Shown here: positions 1 to 9,155 of the stretch, piece after piece
Layout of the letters: each line of letters opens with the position of its first letter
How positions within the stretch are numbered: position 1 is the first letter of the stretch
Source: a phage
Length of the DNA: 64,000 nucleotides
Direction: 5' to 3' (one strand)
Sequence record: PZ379074.1
Program-made: the position numbers and the translations under genes
Notes under the pieces: model-generated
What the model was told of the DNA's origin: nothing
Seen by the model: the letters and a program-made list of their open reading frames with translations, nothing else
Database searches by the model: none

Positions 1-93
1 AAGAAATACACATTAATCATTTCCCTTGTCATCATCCTGGGGCTATTATATGTATTGGATATGGCATATTATTTGGCAGGGGTGAGTGGATGA
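1..93 (+). CDS. partial CDS, 3' end only (gene starts upstream of window); hydrophobic C-terminal segment
   Basis: Frame 1 open from base 1 to TGA at 91-93, encoding ...LIISLVIILGLLYVLDMAYYLAGVSG; stop overlaps next ATG (ATGA). Confidence 0.3.
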   Translation, partial: KKYTLIISLVIILGLLYVLDMAYYLAGVSG

Positions 94-380
94 ATATTGT
101 AATTCTTTATGGTGAAAATATCAGCGATGACGACATCGAAGTTGCCGTTGATGTTTACGGTATCGATGAGGTGAAACGTGTTGAAGAAATTAGTGGCGCA
201 AATCTCAATGAGATTGTCAAAGAAGCTGGCTGTCCTTCGGAAGAGATTCTGGTGGTTACTAACGATGACCTGTCTTCTATGGATCATTTGCGCCGCATCT
301 TCACCGATTGCCAATACCTTCATGCTGTTCAATCAGTAAACAAATTGAGAAAGGCATACGCCAACCAATTTCCTTGCTGA
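90..380 (+). CDS. hypothetical protein (96 aa)
   Basis: ORF with GGGGTGAGTGG Shine-Dalgarno-like sequence upstream; first of a co-directional array. Confidence 0.5.
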   Translation: MNIVILYGENISDDDIEVAVDVYGIDEVKRVEEISGANLNEIVKEAGCPSEEILVVTNDDLSSMDHLRRIFTDCQYLHAVQSVNKLRKAYANQFPC

Positions 381-516
381 TAGTTCACCAGTTATATTGC
401 TTTAAATTGAGTTTTACTATATTAATATACAACGCCAGAAATCTGGCGTTTATTTACCGCACCCTGAAAGGATATATCCATGCAACAATATAACAAAGCC
501 GTATCAGGAGGATTAA

Positions 517-2187
517 ATGTCAATTGAACATGACAATCTTCCAGAGGATACAGGTGATGAATTTGGTGCAATCTTTGACGAAATTCAAGACGCTGGTGTT
601 TCAGAAGAGATGCAAGCGGCAGAGCAGCAAGGCACCAGAGCTAAAATCAGCCTCCAGCATAAGGCTGTTGAGAAAGATGCAGAGCGCATGGAATGCTACG
701 GTGAAGAAGACTTGGTTGAAAGAGCACGCTTGCTCGCCTCACTTCAGGTAATCAAGTTCCCTCACTACAAGCCTACCAAAGATGACTTCGTTCTACAGGC
801 AGACCGGACGAGTGACATGAACCGTTATGCGGTTTTCGACGCGTTGTTTGATAAGGGAAGTGGCATTGTTCCATTCCCTCACAAAGATACTTTTCGTGGG
901 CGCTTAGTCGACCATCGCGGCGAAACATTCACTGACCGTACCTTGGAAGTCACAGAGATAGTTGCCGCTGTCGACGCAGCAGGACTGTCTAACCCAAACT
1001 CACGTCAGGTCGCTCAATCCTATAAGGAATGGGCCATGCGTTATCAGCGCGACGACCTGATGGACTTCTTCTACAAGAAGCTTCCTGAATGGGACGGTAC
1101 TGCGCGCATTGAAAAATACCTTATCGAGCTATTCCGACCGTTCGATACAGAGTTAAACCGACAAATCGGTGTGTATTTTTGGCTATCGCTCTACAACCGC
1201 CTGACAAACCCTGGATGTCAAGCGCCAATCTCCATCGCGCTCATCGGCGGCCAGAACGCAGGGAAGAGTTATTTTAGTAAGCTACTTTGCGAAGCTATTA
1301 TGAACGACCGCCACGCAACACCGATTCCGTTGAACTTGGCCGCGCAGAACTTCAACCCGTTCTTGCGAGCTATTACGGGTCGCTCAATTATCGCGAACGT
1401 TGGCGAGATGACAGGCTTTAAAAAGGCTGACATCGAAAACATGAAAGCATTCCTGACTAAGACGGAAGATGACCTGGACTTCAAATTTGAAGATACGCAG
1501 GTGAAACCACGCCAGTGGATTGCTATCATGGACGGCAACGAATACGCAGGCATGCAGCGTGACGACACAGGCAACCGTCGTGTGTACCCTATCTTTGTTG
1601 GCCAACTCGCTGACAAGGACGGGCAACCGAACTGGTCCAAAGACTTCCAAGCTGACCTTTCCACTTTGAAAGAAGACGTTTGGCAGTTGATGGCTGAGTG
1701 TGCTGCGTGGATGGAGAAGCACGGTGAAGCAGGTTACAACGCGTTTGTTGGTGAAACATCTCGCATGCTTACTGAGTTCAGTAAAAACGAAATGGAACGC
1801 GCTCGCGGCGTTATCCGTGATGAGATGGTGGACAACGACCTTGTTGAAGTCGTCATCACCGCGCCTTATGACCGACATCACAGCGGACGCTGGCACATCA
1901 CCAGTGGTGCTATTGCTATGGGATTCAGAGCGAAATGCGGCAAGTCGCCTTTCTCTCGTACCCTTGCGCCGCACATGTCAAAGCTTGGCTTTGAGCCTGC
2001 TACCTATCGCAACCAGCGCGGTTACTTTACGCCGCTGATTAAGAATGAAGCAGGGGAATACATTTCTGATTTGATGACTATCTTAGCGTATCTTATCCGC
2101 GACGAGTCTGACCCTGAAGATATTGAATTCTTGAAGAAGGTTATTGAACGCAAACGTTCTTTAGGAAGAGATAAGGATGAATTCTGA
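517..2187 (+). CDS. P-loop NTPase, primase/helicase-like (VirE/D5-type)
   Basis: 556 aa; Walker A-like GGQNAGKS; strong RBS AGGAGG 7 nt upstream of ATG; family assignment from motif only. Confidence 0.6.
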   Translation: MSIEHDNLPEDTGDEFGAIFDEIQDAGVSEEMQAAEQQGTRAKISLQHKAVEKDAERMECYGEEDLVERARLLASLQVIKFPHYKPTKDDFVLQADRTSDMNRYAVFDALFDKGSGIVPFPHKDTFRGRLVDHRGETFTDRTLEVTEIVAAVDAAGLSNPNSRQVAQSYKEWAMRYQRDDLMDFFYKKLPEWDGTARIEKYLIELFRPFDTELNRQIGVYFWLSLYNRLTNPGCQAPISIALIGGQNAGKSYFSKLLCEAIMNDRHATPIPLNLAAQNFNPFLRAITGRSIIANVGEMTGFKKADIENMKAFLTKTEDDLDFKFEDTQVKPRQWIAIMDGNEYAGMQRDDTGNRRVYPIFVGQLADKDGQPNWSKDFQADLSTLKEDVWQLMAECAAWMEKHGEAGYNAFVGETSRMLTEFSKNEMERARGVIRDEMVDNDLVEVVITAPYDRHHSGRWHITSGAIAMGFRAKCGKSPFSRTLAPHMSKLGFEPATYRNQRGYFTPLIKNEAGEYISDLMTILAYLIRDESDPEDIEFLKKVIERKRSLGRDKDEF

Positions 2188-2834
2188 TGAATAAAGCAAT
2201 CAACATCGCTAAATTCTTTCAACATCTCGGTGAACTGAACAAAGAGAGTGACGTTCACGGAGAAGAAATGAACCGGATGATTTCAACCGTGTTGCGTGGT
2301 TTTGGTTACGATAAGGACTCAATCACCTGTAAGCGCACGAAGCTTGTCGATGAGACATACCTTTACTACGTTGAATTGCGCGTAGGCAAAGATTTGATGA
2401 TCATCGACCCTAAATTGGAAGGGGCGCACTGTTTTGGCGCTCACCCTCGTGCGAGTGAATTCAAGGGTCGCGGTCGCAACCGACTCCAGAAGCTTGATGA
2501 TGCAGGCGACCTGAACATCTCGATGTTCCTCAAAGAGTTCCTTGCACTGCCGAAGGTTGCATCTTCAACGGGCCGTGATGACCTGTGCAAGATTGGATTC
2601 AGAACTAAAGATTTGCGCAATGCGCTACGCAAGAAGGGATTTGTGCCTTCTTATGATAACGTCGCCGCGCTGATGGCTTCCATGGAGGAAGCTGAAGCGA
2701 TGGATAAAGTGCGCGGCTATTTCCTGAATACAGGCTACACAATGTATGAGTGGCACACCAAAGGATTGACGGTCGCCGACTTCATCTATTCATTAGAGCA
2801 GAAGTATGTACGCAATATGCAGGCCACAGGATAA
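2187..2834 (+). CDS. hypothetical protein (215 aa)
   Basis: ATGA start/stop overlap with upstream gene. Confidence 0.55.
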   Translation: MNKAINIAKFFQHLGELNKESDVHGEEMNRMISTVLRGFGYDKDSITCKRTKLVDETYLYYVELRVGKDLMIIDPKLEGAHCFGAHPRASEFKGRGRNRLQKLDDAGDLNISMFLKEFLALPKVASSTGRDDLCKIGFRTKDLRNALRKKGFVPSYDNVAALMASMEEAEAMDKVRGYFLNTGYTMYEWHTKGLTVADFIYSLEQKYVRNMQATG

Positions 2835-2873
2835 TTATCATCAAAATATTTGCTTTTCTGACGAGGTGATATT

Positions 2874-3098
2874 ATGATTAATTTAGACAGGATTGAGTTA
2901 GCACTTAGTACCTTAATCAAATATTACCAGTTTGCTTTTAAGGCTAGTTTATTTGGCTTGTTCAATCCTCATCAAGCAGCAAAGGCGCGAAGCAATGCCA
3001 ACCGCCTGCGCTGCACTGGTATAGTCATCCACGACCGGATATTGACAGAGGGTAGATTCAGCCATGAATACACAAGGGAGAATAACAAAGCAACGTAG
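2874..3098 (+). CDS. hypothetical protein (74 aa)
   Basis: ORF with GAGGTG RBS. Confidence 0.45.
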   Translation: MINLDRIELALSTLIKYYQFAFKASLFGLFNPHQAAKARSNANRLRCTGIVIHDRILTEGRFSHEYTRENNKAT

Positions 3099-3273
3099 GG
3101 CTTTACAAGTCCTCATCCACTACCTGACACGCCTTTATCCTACGGCGCACGAGCAGAATCCATCAACTGGTCACCTGTTTAAGCGCCGTAACCTTTCGTT
3201 GAAAACATTCGCTTTAATCCAATACGACCGATACCTGGACGGGCGCTACTGCGGCCCGAAGGACTCACTATGA
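3064..3273 (+). CDS. hypothetical protein (69 aa)
   Basis: ORF overlapping upstream gene by 35 nt; basic protein. Confidence 0.35.
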   Translation: MNTQGRITKQRRALQVLIHYLTRLYPTAHEQNPSTGHLFKRRNLSLKTFALIQYDRYLDGRYCGPKDSL

Positions 3274-3548
3274 TTTCTACATACAAAGTGTTCTTTGTCA
3301 AGTGCACGTCATCGATTGATGACCAGTTTACTGCTGGAAAGAATTATCCCGTGATTTCTGAGTCAAGACTAGATATAATCTTGAACGATCATGAAATCTA
3401 TGAGCCGATGCCGGCAACTGCGTTTGATGTTATCGGTCACGTTCGGATTAAGACGAATGTTGAAACGATGCACGACCCGTTGTTCAAGAAGCAAATTAAG
3501 AATGCCATGCAAGACTTTTGCGCGGCTATGTTTAAATATTATAAGTGA
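3270..3548 (+). CDS. hypothetical protein (92 aa)
   Basis: ATGA overlap with upstream ORF; AAGGA RBS. Confidence 0.5.
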   Translation: MISTYKVFFVKCTSSIDDQFTAGKNYPVISESRLDIILNDHEIYEPMPATAFDVIGHVRIKTNVETMHDPLFKKQIKNAMQDFCAAMFKYYK

Positions 3549-3555
3549 GTTGAAG

Positions 3556-3777
3556 ATGAGCAAGAAAACTCTTAAGGCTGGGGACCGCATCCGTTGGATG
3601 TCAGGACAGAATATGCGCGCAGGCACCATCCTTGAGCTGGATCAATACCTTACTGATTCGCGCGGTCGCAATCACTATCGCGTTCGAATCGATACGGTAA
3701 AAGAAGATGACAAGTCACTGGTTGGTGAAGTAGTCATCGTTACTCCACGTCAAATTAAGGCGGCTTGTGAAGCATGA
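3556..3777 (+). CDS. hypothetical protein (73 aa)
   Basis: Start moved to internal ATG 3556 just after upstream stop (track ORF 3391..3777). Confidence 0.45.
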   Translation: MSKKTLKAGDRIRWMSGQNMRAGTILELDQYLTDSRGRNHYRVRIDTVKEDDKSLVGEVVIVTPRQIKAACEA

Positions 3778-3929
3778 ATAAATTTCAGTTTAACGATAAC
3801 AAGATTAGTAAAGCGGACGCAATCAAGCAGCTTCGCCGCGTACTTGAAGCCAGCGGCCATACAAAAGAGCGCGCACGCGTCTTAGCCAAAGAACATTATA
3901 AACGTTTTGTGTCACAAATCAGAGGTTAA
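3774..3929 (+). CDS. hypothetical small protein (51 aa)
   Basis: Not in track (<60 aa); ATGA overlap with upstream stop; ends 2 nt before next start. Confidence 0.35.
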   Translation: MNKFQFNDNKISKADAIKQLRRVLEASGHTKERARVLAKEHYKRFVSQIRG

Positions 3930-3931
3930 TT

Positions 3932-4414
3932 ATGATCATCCATCGCCCTTTAATGTTAAGTAAATCAGAAGCCGCAATTATTTTAGCGGCAGCAAGTCAA
4001 TGCGACGTCCCAATGCCATTAAGGATGAAAATAAATACATTTATCGACAACGAGTTTGCAGGTGTTGAGTCATTCAATATCTTACCGCCAACAAAAAGGC
4101 ATGTTGAAAGACTTGTCCATCATCAATCACGTTGCGTAAAAGTTCCTATTAAAACTTATGTTGATAAAAAGCCGCGCCTTAAACCTGTTCCGGCTGATAA
4201 AATAGAAGTCGGTGATGTTATCGTCTGCGTATATTACGGCAGTCAGATTTTCAATGCTGTTGTAGTAAGACGATACAGCATAAACGGCTGCCAATACATG
4301 GAAGTGACAAACGCAAAGAAAGAACCTGGCAGCTTGAACGTGGCTTATGCATTAAGGGAATTCAGCAGCCCTTCTTGCACTCTTTATAAGGTACTCGACC
4401 ATGGCTCATGTTAA
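3932..4414 (+). CDS. hypothetical protein (160 aa)
   Basis: ORF in packed array. Confidence 0.5.
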   Translation: MIIHRPLMLSKSEAAIILAAASQCDVPMPLRMKINTFIDNEFAGVESFNILPPTKRHVERLVHHQSRCVKVPIKTYVDKKPRLKPVPADKIEVGDVIVCVYYGSQIFNAVVVRRYSINGCQYMEVTNAKKEPGSLNVAYALREFSSPSCTLYKVLDHGSC

Positions 4415-4748
4415 AGATGAAACGCTGTATGGCGCAGAGATCAAGAAGCGTGTGCGTGAGATGGCTGAAGGCGGAACATTGCTACCGCCGCGAGTCCGCT
4501 GCGACCACGTGATTGGCGTATCCGGCACGAAGGAGATTGGCGTGTTGGTGAAAGACATTCGCGTTGGGGATGTCATGGTCATCGACCGACAAGCGCGAGT
4601 CGTTATCCAGGTGCAACCGAACGATGATGAAGGCTGTGTCCTATTGAAGCTGAAGAAGCTTTCATCCAGCCCAGCAAAGGCCGTCATCAAGAAGGTCTGG
4701 CCCGAAGGATTACGCAAACTCATTCGTCGACCAGTGGAGAATGTGTAA
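4401..4748 (+). CDS. hypothetical protein (115 aa)
   Basis: ORF overlapping upstream gene by 14 nt. Confidence 0.5.
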   Translation: MAHVKDETLYGAEIKKRVREMAEGGTLLPPRVRCDHVIGVSGTKEIGVLVKDIRVGDVMVIDRQARVVIQVQPNDDEGCVLLKLKKLSSSPAKAVIKKVWPEGLRKLIRRPVENV

Positions 4749-4984
4749 TGGAAGATTATATCAACGCTATGTATATGGCATTCTATGTCGTGCAACTTCC
4801 CAATGGCGCGGTATTTTATGGCGAGTATACCTTTGACGTTCAATATGACGTTTCAGAGCGTACAGTGTTAACAAGGGAGTTGATTGCGGACCTTAAGGGC
4901 GACATCAAGCGCGTCGCGCGGCAGCAGTTCAATTTGGATGACACCGTCATCGTTCGAATTACCGGAATAACAGAGGTGCAATAA
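4748..4984 (+). CDS. hypothetical protein (78 aa)
   Basis: Start overlaps upstream stop. Confidence 0.5.
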   Translation: MEDYINAMYMAFYVVQLPNGAVFYGEYTFDVQYDVSERTVLTRELIADLKGDIKRVARQQFNLDDTVIVRITGITEVQ

Positions 4985-5313
4985 TGACCCGTGATCAGAT
5001 ACTCGCCGCGCATGAGCGTGGATTGATAAAGGAAGTTTGGAAGAAGGCCAATGCCTTTGCTGATTCTTATTACTTCTTAAAGAAGTGCATAAAAGAAAAT
5101 GCAAGAATGGGCAACACGGTATTGACTTTCAATCTTCTATCTTATGGTGATAAGCTTAATGCAATATGCGCTTGTCGTCTCACCAGTATGAAATTTGAGA
5201 GATTGGGTGACGGAGAGTTGACCATCTATCGATTCTCCCACAGGACGGGAGATACAAAGATAACAAGGACGCGTGACCAGATAGAGATTGACCTGCTCCA
5301 CTATGTAAAATGA
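4984..5313 (+). CDS. hypothetical protein (109 aa)
   Basis: ATGA overlap; followed by terminator-like hairpin. Confidence 0.5.
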   Translation: MTRDQILAAHERGLIKEVWKKANAFADSYYFLKKCIKENARMGNTVLTFNLLSYGDKLNAICACRLTSMKFERLGDGELTIYRFSHRTGDTKITRTRDQIEIDLLHYVK

Positions 5314-5319
5314 ATATCA

Positions 5320-5350
5320 AAAAGGTGAGCTGAATGCTTGCCTTTTCTTT
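5320..5350 (+). terminator. rho-independent terminator-like hairpin (copy 1 of duplicated terminator-promoter cassette)
   Basis: AAAGGTGAGC-tgaat-GCTTGCCTTT stem (two G-U pairs) followed by TCTTTT; directly after stop of 4984..5313. Confidence 0.45.
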
Positions 5351-5398
5351 TATCAATACTTATACTCTTTTCATCAAGACTAACAAGTGAGGTGAATT

Positions 5399-5716
5399 AT
5401 GATTTACTTAGGAATGGACGAGGGTGCTTACAAAGACCTTTCAAGGGTGCCAAACGTTAAGTTAGACACAGCTGTACACATCAAGCCTTGGCCAATCGCC
5501 CACCCAGACGTAGTTGTACCAGTCGCTCCTGGCACGCGTTACGTGGCCATTGATGACGACGGAGTCATTCACTGTTATTCGGAAAAACCAAAGTATATAG
5601 AGCAATATCACGGTTGGTTCTTGGACGAGCGTGCAATGGCGCGTTACTGCGGCGAAGTCGGTCTGGAAGGCTGGAGCTTCAAGGCTAGTGAATCGTGTGT
5701 CGAGGTGCAATTATGA
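5399..5716 (+). CDS. hypothetical protein (105 aa)
   Basis: ORF with GTGAGGTG RBS. Confidence 0.5.
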   Translation: MIYLGMDEGAYKDLSRVPNVKLDTAVHIKPWPIAHPDVVVPVAPGTRYVAIDDDGVIHCYSEKPKYIEQYHGWFLDERAMARYCGEVGLEGWSFKASESCVEVQL

Positions 5717-5931
5717 ATGCCGCGCTGGGTAAGTTGTCTTTCAATAAACGCAACGAGCTGCGCATGGTATCGCGCTTTCAACAAACGCATTTATCACTAA
5801 TCAAGATTGCAAACAAGGCCTACTCTCTAAATTGTCCTGAAGAAGAATGGAAAGAATTGAATGAGCGTCGTAAACAATTACAAAAGGCTGCATTCAAGCT
5901 GCAGCAATATGCCATGGAGTATGCAAAATGA
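5713..5931 (+). CDS. hypothetical protein (72 aa)
   Basis: Start moved to ATG 5713 with GAGGTG RBS; ATGA overlap with upstream stop. Confidence 0.45.
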   Translation: MNAALGKLSFNKRNELRMVSRFQQTHLSLIKIANKAYSLNCPEEEWKELNERRKQLQKAAFKLQQYAMEYAK

Positions 5932-6311
5932 GAATGAAGCGTTGCCCTTACTGCCACGATGTAATGCACCTTCCACACGAAGAGTTTGTGCAGCACATGA
6001 CTAACTGTGATAAGAATCCTAATAGCGAAAGCCAACTTGAAGAAAGAATGTTCTTGGTGTCATTCAAAGCTTCTGCTTATGAAGTGCAACATTCTTACGG
6101 CGCACCAAGTACGATTTACTGTCCAACAACATTGAGAAGCGACATCGACTCAATTCAGCTTGCGGCCTGGATTAACGTTAAGGAAGGAATCACGCCGCAC
6201 TTTATTGCGCGCATCCAATCTCAGATTCTACAAATCAAGCGCGAATACAACCGTGACATAACTGAAGTGAAGGTGCTGTCTATCACTCCTATGAATAAGG
6301 AGTTGCCGTGA
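5928..6311 (+). CDS. hypothetical protein with N-terminal Cys/His cluster (127 aa)
   Basis: ATGA overlap; CPYCHDVMH...HMTNC zinc-finger-like cluster. Confidence 0.5.
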   Translation: MRMKRCPYCHDVMHLPHEEFVQHMTNCDKNPNSESQLEERMFLVSFKASAYEVQHSYGAPSTIYCPTTLRSDIDSIQLAAWINVKEGITPHFIARIQSQILQIKREYNRDITEVKVLSITPMNKELP

Positions 6312-6568
6312 ACAAGGGTCCGATGACTAAGTTGGCCGTTGCCGCGCGGAAGCTTCGACAAGCCGTTAATGGGTCGCGGCCCGTGGTGTTAACACTCGAC
6401 GACGCAAAGGCACTGGTAGAGCTACTCGACGAGCACAACCGACGCAAGAATCTGGAGAACACATTACGCTGGCGCGTTACTCCGAAAGGGCGGGAGAGCG
6501 AAAAGAAAGCTTACTTGCGGCGTAAACTAAGGTCGGTCGGCCTTCACGAAGAGGCGAAGAATATTTAA
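6308..6568 (+). CDS. hypothetical basic protein (86 aa)
   Basis: GTG start overlapping upstream stop (alternative ATG at 6323); followed by terminator-like hairpin. Confidence 0.45.
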   Translation: MNKGPMTKLAVAARKLRQAVNGSRPVVLTLDDAKALVELLDEHNRRKNLENTLRWRVTPKGRESEKKAYLRRKLRSVGLHEEAKNI

Positions 6569-6572
6569 TTCA

Positions 6573-6602
6573 AAAAGGTGAGCTATATGCTTGCCTTTTT
6601 AT
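6573..6602 (+). terminator. rho-independent terminator-like hairpin (copy 2 of duplicated cassette)
   Basis: AAAGGTGAGC-tatat-GCTTGCCTTT then TTATTT; same stem as 5320-5350. Confidence 0.45.
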
Positions 6603-6646
6603 TTGCCTGTATTATACTTAGTTCATCAAGCAAAGGAGATTTGATT

Positions 6647-6943
6647 ATGAGTTACGACGAAAGGTTTGGCAGAAGTGGATTGTTCCACGACGCTGTACAC
6701 AAAGACAGCAAAGATGTTGTCTGCGCATTCAAGGTTGATTCTTACGGTACGCTGAAACCTTTTAAGGTCGGCGAAACATACAAGCTGTTTCACGGCTGGT
6801 TGACGCGTCGCAACAACTTGCCTGATATGGAAGTCTGGTGGATAGAATATAAGGGCCAGGCCCATCGCTGCAAGGTTGTAGAGGTGCGCGGCGTCAAATA
6901 CTATCAATCGATTATCAGCGGTTTTGTGTTTAAGGGGATTTAA
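6647..6943 (+). CDS. hypothetical protein (98 aa); FKVGxTY paralog family
   Basis: Start set at ATG 6647 with AAGGAG RBS; shares FKVGETYKLF motif with 8267..8608 product. Confidence 0.5.
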   Translation: MSYDERFGRSGLFHDAVHKDSKDVVCAFKVDSYGTLKPFKVGETYKLFHGWLTRRNNLPDMEVWWIEYKGQAHRCKVVEVRGVKYYQSIISGFVFKGI

Positions 6944-6945
6944 TT

Positions 6946-7251
6946 ATGAGTACCGAAGCGATGAAGAAAAAGATTTTGAACGCTTTGCAAGAAGCTGTGA
7001 ACTGTGGTGCCATTAAAACCTTTACTGAAAGGCAAGTCGGTGAGGTGACGGTGCACGGATTCAATAATAACAAAAACGGAATTGCTGCCATAATGCTGTT
7101 GAAGAACAGCGATGACACATTCATCCTTTACGTCGGCGGATATGAGCTTATCGTTGATGATTTGTTCATCACTTGCGCTGACGGCCTTAACCCAATGTTA
7201 ACGTTCGAGCGGCGCGGCATCCGTGTTGCAACGTTTGGAGGGAAGCTATGA
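6946..7251 (+). CDS. hypothetical protein (101 aa)
   Basis: N-terminal motif LQEAVNCGAIKTF resembles N-terminus of 7758..8267 product. Confidence 0.5.
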   Translation: MSTEAMKKKILNALQEAVNCGAIKTFTERQVGEVTVHGFNNNKNGIAAIMLLKNSDDTFILYVGGYELIVDDLFITCADGLNPMLTFERRGIRVATFGGKL

Positions 7252-7541
7252 GACTAAGTCTAGCGCAAATTCAAACATTGTACCGGATGGAAGACGGAAC
7301 GCCATACATGCTGCGCGGCGACCGCAAGAAGGCTTATGAAAAGCGGCCATCACTGTTTCACGACATCAATGCGCCATCAATCCCTGTCTTATTCCGGTTG
7401 GGCCTTGTTGATTGGGCGGTGCCAGGGGAGAAAGACCCGACGCGCTATTCATCCGTGGTGATGACAAAAGCAGGTCGCGCGGCATTAAAAGAGATTAAAG
7501 AAAATATGGCTGGAGGTAAATATTATGACATCCAATCTTAA
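7248..7541 (+). CDS. hypothetical protein (97 aa)
   Basis: ATGA overlap. Confidence 0.5.
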   Translation: MRLSLAQIQTLYRMEDGTPYMLRGDRKKAYEKRPSLFHDINAPSIPVLFRLGLVDWAVPGEKDPTRYSSVVMTKAGRAALKEIKENMAGGKYYDIQS

Positions 7542-7761
7542 AGCCCGTTTATTATTCATCAAGCCGCATGTGCCGTATAAGATTAGTAAGCGCACCTGGC
7601 TTAACATCTACAACCGCAGCGGCGACCGTTGTTTGTACAAGGCAAAGCGGCGCAAGAAGGTATATTTAAAGGCGGTGATGTCGCAACCCGTCGATGCATT
7701 CAACATCGGCGAAAATGAATTGTCAATCGGCTATCAAATTGAACTCGGAGCAAAGAAATGA
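7525..7761 (+). CDS. hypothetical basic protein (78 aa)
   Basis: ORF overlapping upstream gene by 17 nt. Confidence 0.4.
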   Translation: MTSNLKARLLFIKPHVPYKISKRTWLNIYNRSGDRCLYKAKRRKKVYLKAVMSQPVDAFNIGENELSIGYQIELGAKK

Positions 7762-8267
7762 AAATCGAACAACTCGAAGCAGTATTGGAAATGGCTGTAA
7801 AGGCAGGCGCAATCAAAAGCTATCGTCGCGAGAAGTCAGATAGCGATAAGGTGTTTTGTCGCAACTTCTATATCGTTGGCAACCTTAATGACCACTACAC
7901 CATAGAGTGGTATATCAATATCATGACCCTTAAGTCGCGCACCATGGAGCTTTGGTGTGATGACATTTGTCTTTCTCATAGTCATCCGTGCTATGACGTT
8001 GCGCTTGGATTCTTTTATAAAAGCAACCAACCAATCGCACACATCGGTGAGAGGCATGAGCACTTGAAGGAGAAGCCAATGGCGAGTGACGGCTGGATTG
8101 ATTGGGATGGTGGAGACTTGAATCCAGTCCCAGGTAAGAAGGTGCTTTACGTGCTGCGCGACGGCGCTACAGCAACAAAGCCGATTGCATCAGATGAATT
8201 GCGCTGGGAGAAGATTGACGATGCTTATGCAGCCGACATCATCGCTTATCGGGTCGTGGAGGAATAA
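7758..8267 (+). CDS. hypothetical protein (169 aa) with shared C-terminal NPVPGK...IIAYRVV module
   Basis: ATGA overlap; C-terminal ~55 aa homologous to C-terminus of 9152..9571 product. Confidence 0.55.
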   Translation: MKIEQLEAVLEMAVKAGAIKSYRREKSDSDKVFCRNFYIVGNLNDHYTIEWYINIMTLKSRTMELWCDDICLSHSHPCYDVALGFFYKSNQPIAHIGERHEHLKEKPMASDGWIDWDGGDLNPVPGKKVLYVLRDGATATKPIASDELRWEKIDDAYAADIIAYRVVEE

Positions 8268-8608
8268 TGGAAGAGCAAGAAGGCCGTGAGCTAACGTTCG
8301 ACGAGCAAATGCAAGAGCTTCAGCGCACATCGCCGCTGCGCGGTAAGGTTGTTGACATCGAAGCGAGCGAATCCAACCTCACCCAGTGGCGGCTTAAGTG
8401 CACCAGCACAAGCAAGGATATGTTAAGCTTCAAAGTCGGTCAGACTTATTTGCTTTATGAGGCAAAAGGACTTATTATTGATGGAAAGCAAATTGTCTTT
8501 ACTTTTGTCAACGGCATGAGATGGTTTGTGAAGCGTGATGTCGAGGGCCGTGACATGTTTGTCGCAGGCTTTCCAGAAACAAGATTCCAATTGGAGAAGG
8601 TTAAATGA
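8267..8608 (+). CDS. hypothetical protein (113 aa); FKVGxTY paralog family
   Basis: Shares FKVGQTYLLY motif with 6647..6943 product. Confidence 0.5.
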   Translation: MEEQEGRELTFDEQMQELQRTSPLRGKVVDIEASESNLTQWRLKCTSTSKDMLSFKVGQTYLLYEAKGLIIDGKQIVFTFVNGMRWFVKRDVEGRDMFVAGFPETRFQLEKVK

Positions 8609-8937
8609 AATTGAAATGGTACGTGGACCCTGAGCCGACAGGCCAATACAGGTCATTCCAACGTCGCGGCTGGCCGACTTGTTACAGCGGCAATCCCGAT
8701 AAAGAAGATTGCGAGCTTCTTGCCGCGATAGTAAGTCTTAACCATGACGGCTATGAAGGCCACTACGCGAGAGCAACCAACCTTCGGCTCAAGGTGCGCA
8801 TCCATTTCAAGGTCGCAGGCGAGGACCGCACCGGACTCTCCAAGGAAGAGTTCAGCAGCATCGCTGAAGCAAAGGCATGGCTAAAAGCATTCTACAAGGC
8901 AAATCCTAAATTTTATCCAACTAAGGATGCATCATGA
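8605..8937 (+). CDS. hypothetical protein (110 aa)
   Basis: ATGA overlap. Confidence 0.5.
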   Translation: MKLKWYVDPEPTGQYRSFQRRGWPTCYSGNPDKEDCELLAAIVSLNHDGYEGHYARATNLRLKVRIHFKVAGEDRTGLSKEEFSSIAEAKAWLKAFYKANPKFYPTKDAS

Positions 8938-9155
8938 CCGATAAACAATACGCAGTCGGGCAACGTGACATCGAACAACTCGACGAGGGCGGCTATTATA
9001 CGCGCCACATCTATGCCATGACTCATGAAGGACTTTACAGCAAGTCGGACATCGCCGCTGAATTGGCCCATCGTGACTTGCAGATTGACATGTTGCGTCT
9101 CGCGCTTGAGAAGCAAACGCAGATTGCCATTGAAATTTTGGAGAAGTTAGAATGA
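8934..9155 (+). CDS. hypothetical protein (73 aa)
   Basis: ATGA overlap. Confidence 0.45.
   Translation: MTDKQYAVGQRDIEQLDEGGYYTRHIYAMTHEGLYSKSDIAAELAHRDLQIDMLRLALEKQTQIAIEILEKLE

Noticed and set aside
1384-1974. 196-aa minus-strand ORF inside the primase/helicase-like gene
   Set aside because: Antisense shadow ORF within a well-supported plus-strand gene; the same reasoning applies to 46755..47441, 39748..40287, 51609..52208 and the other antisense track ORFs inside large genes.
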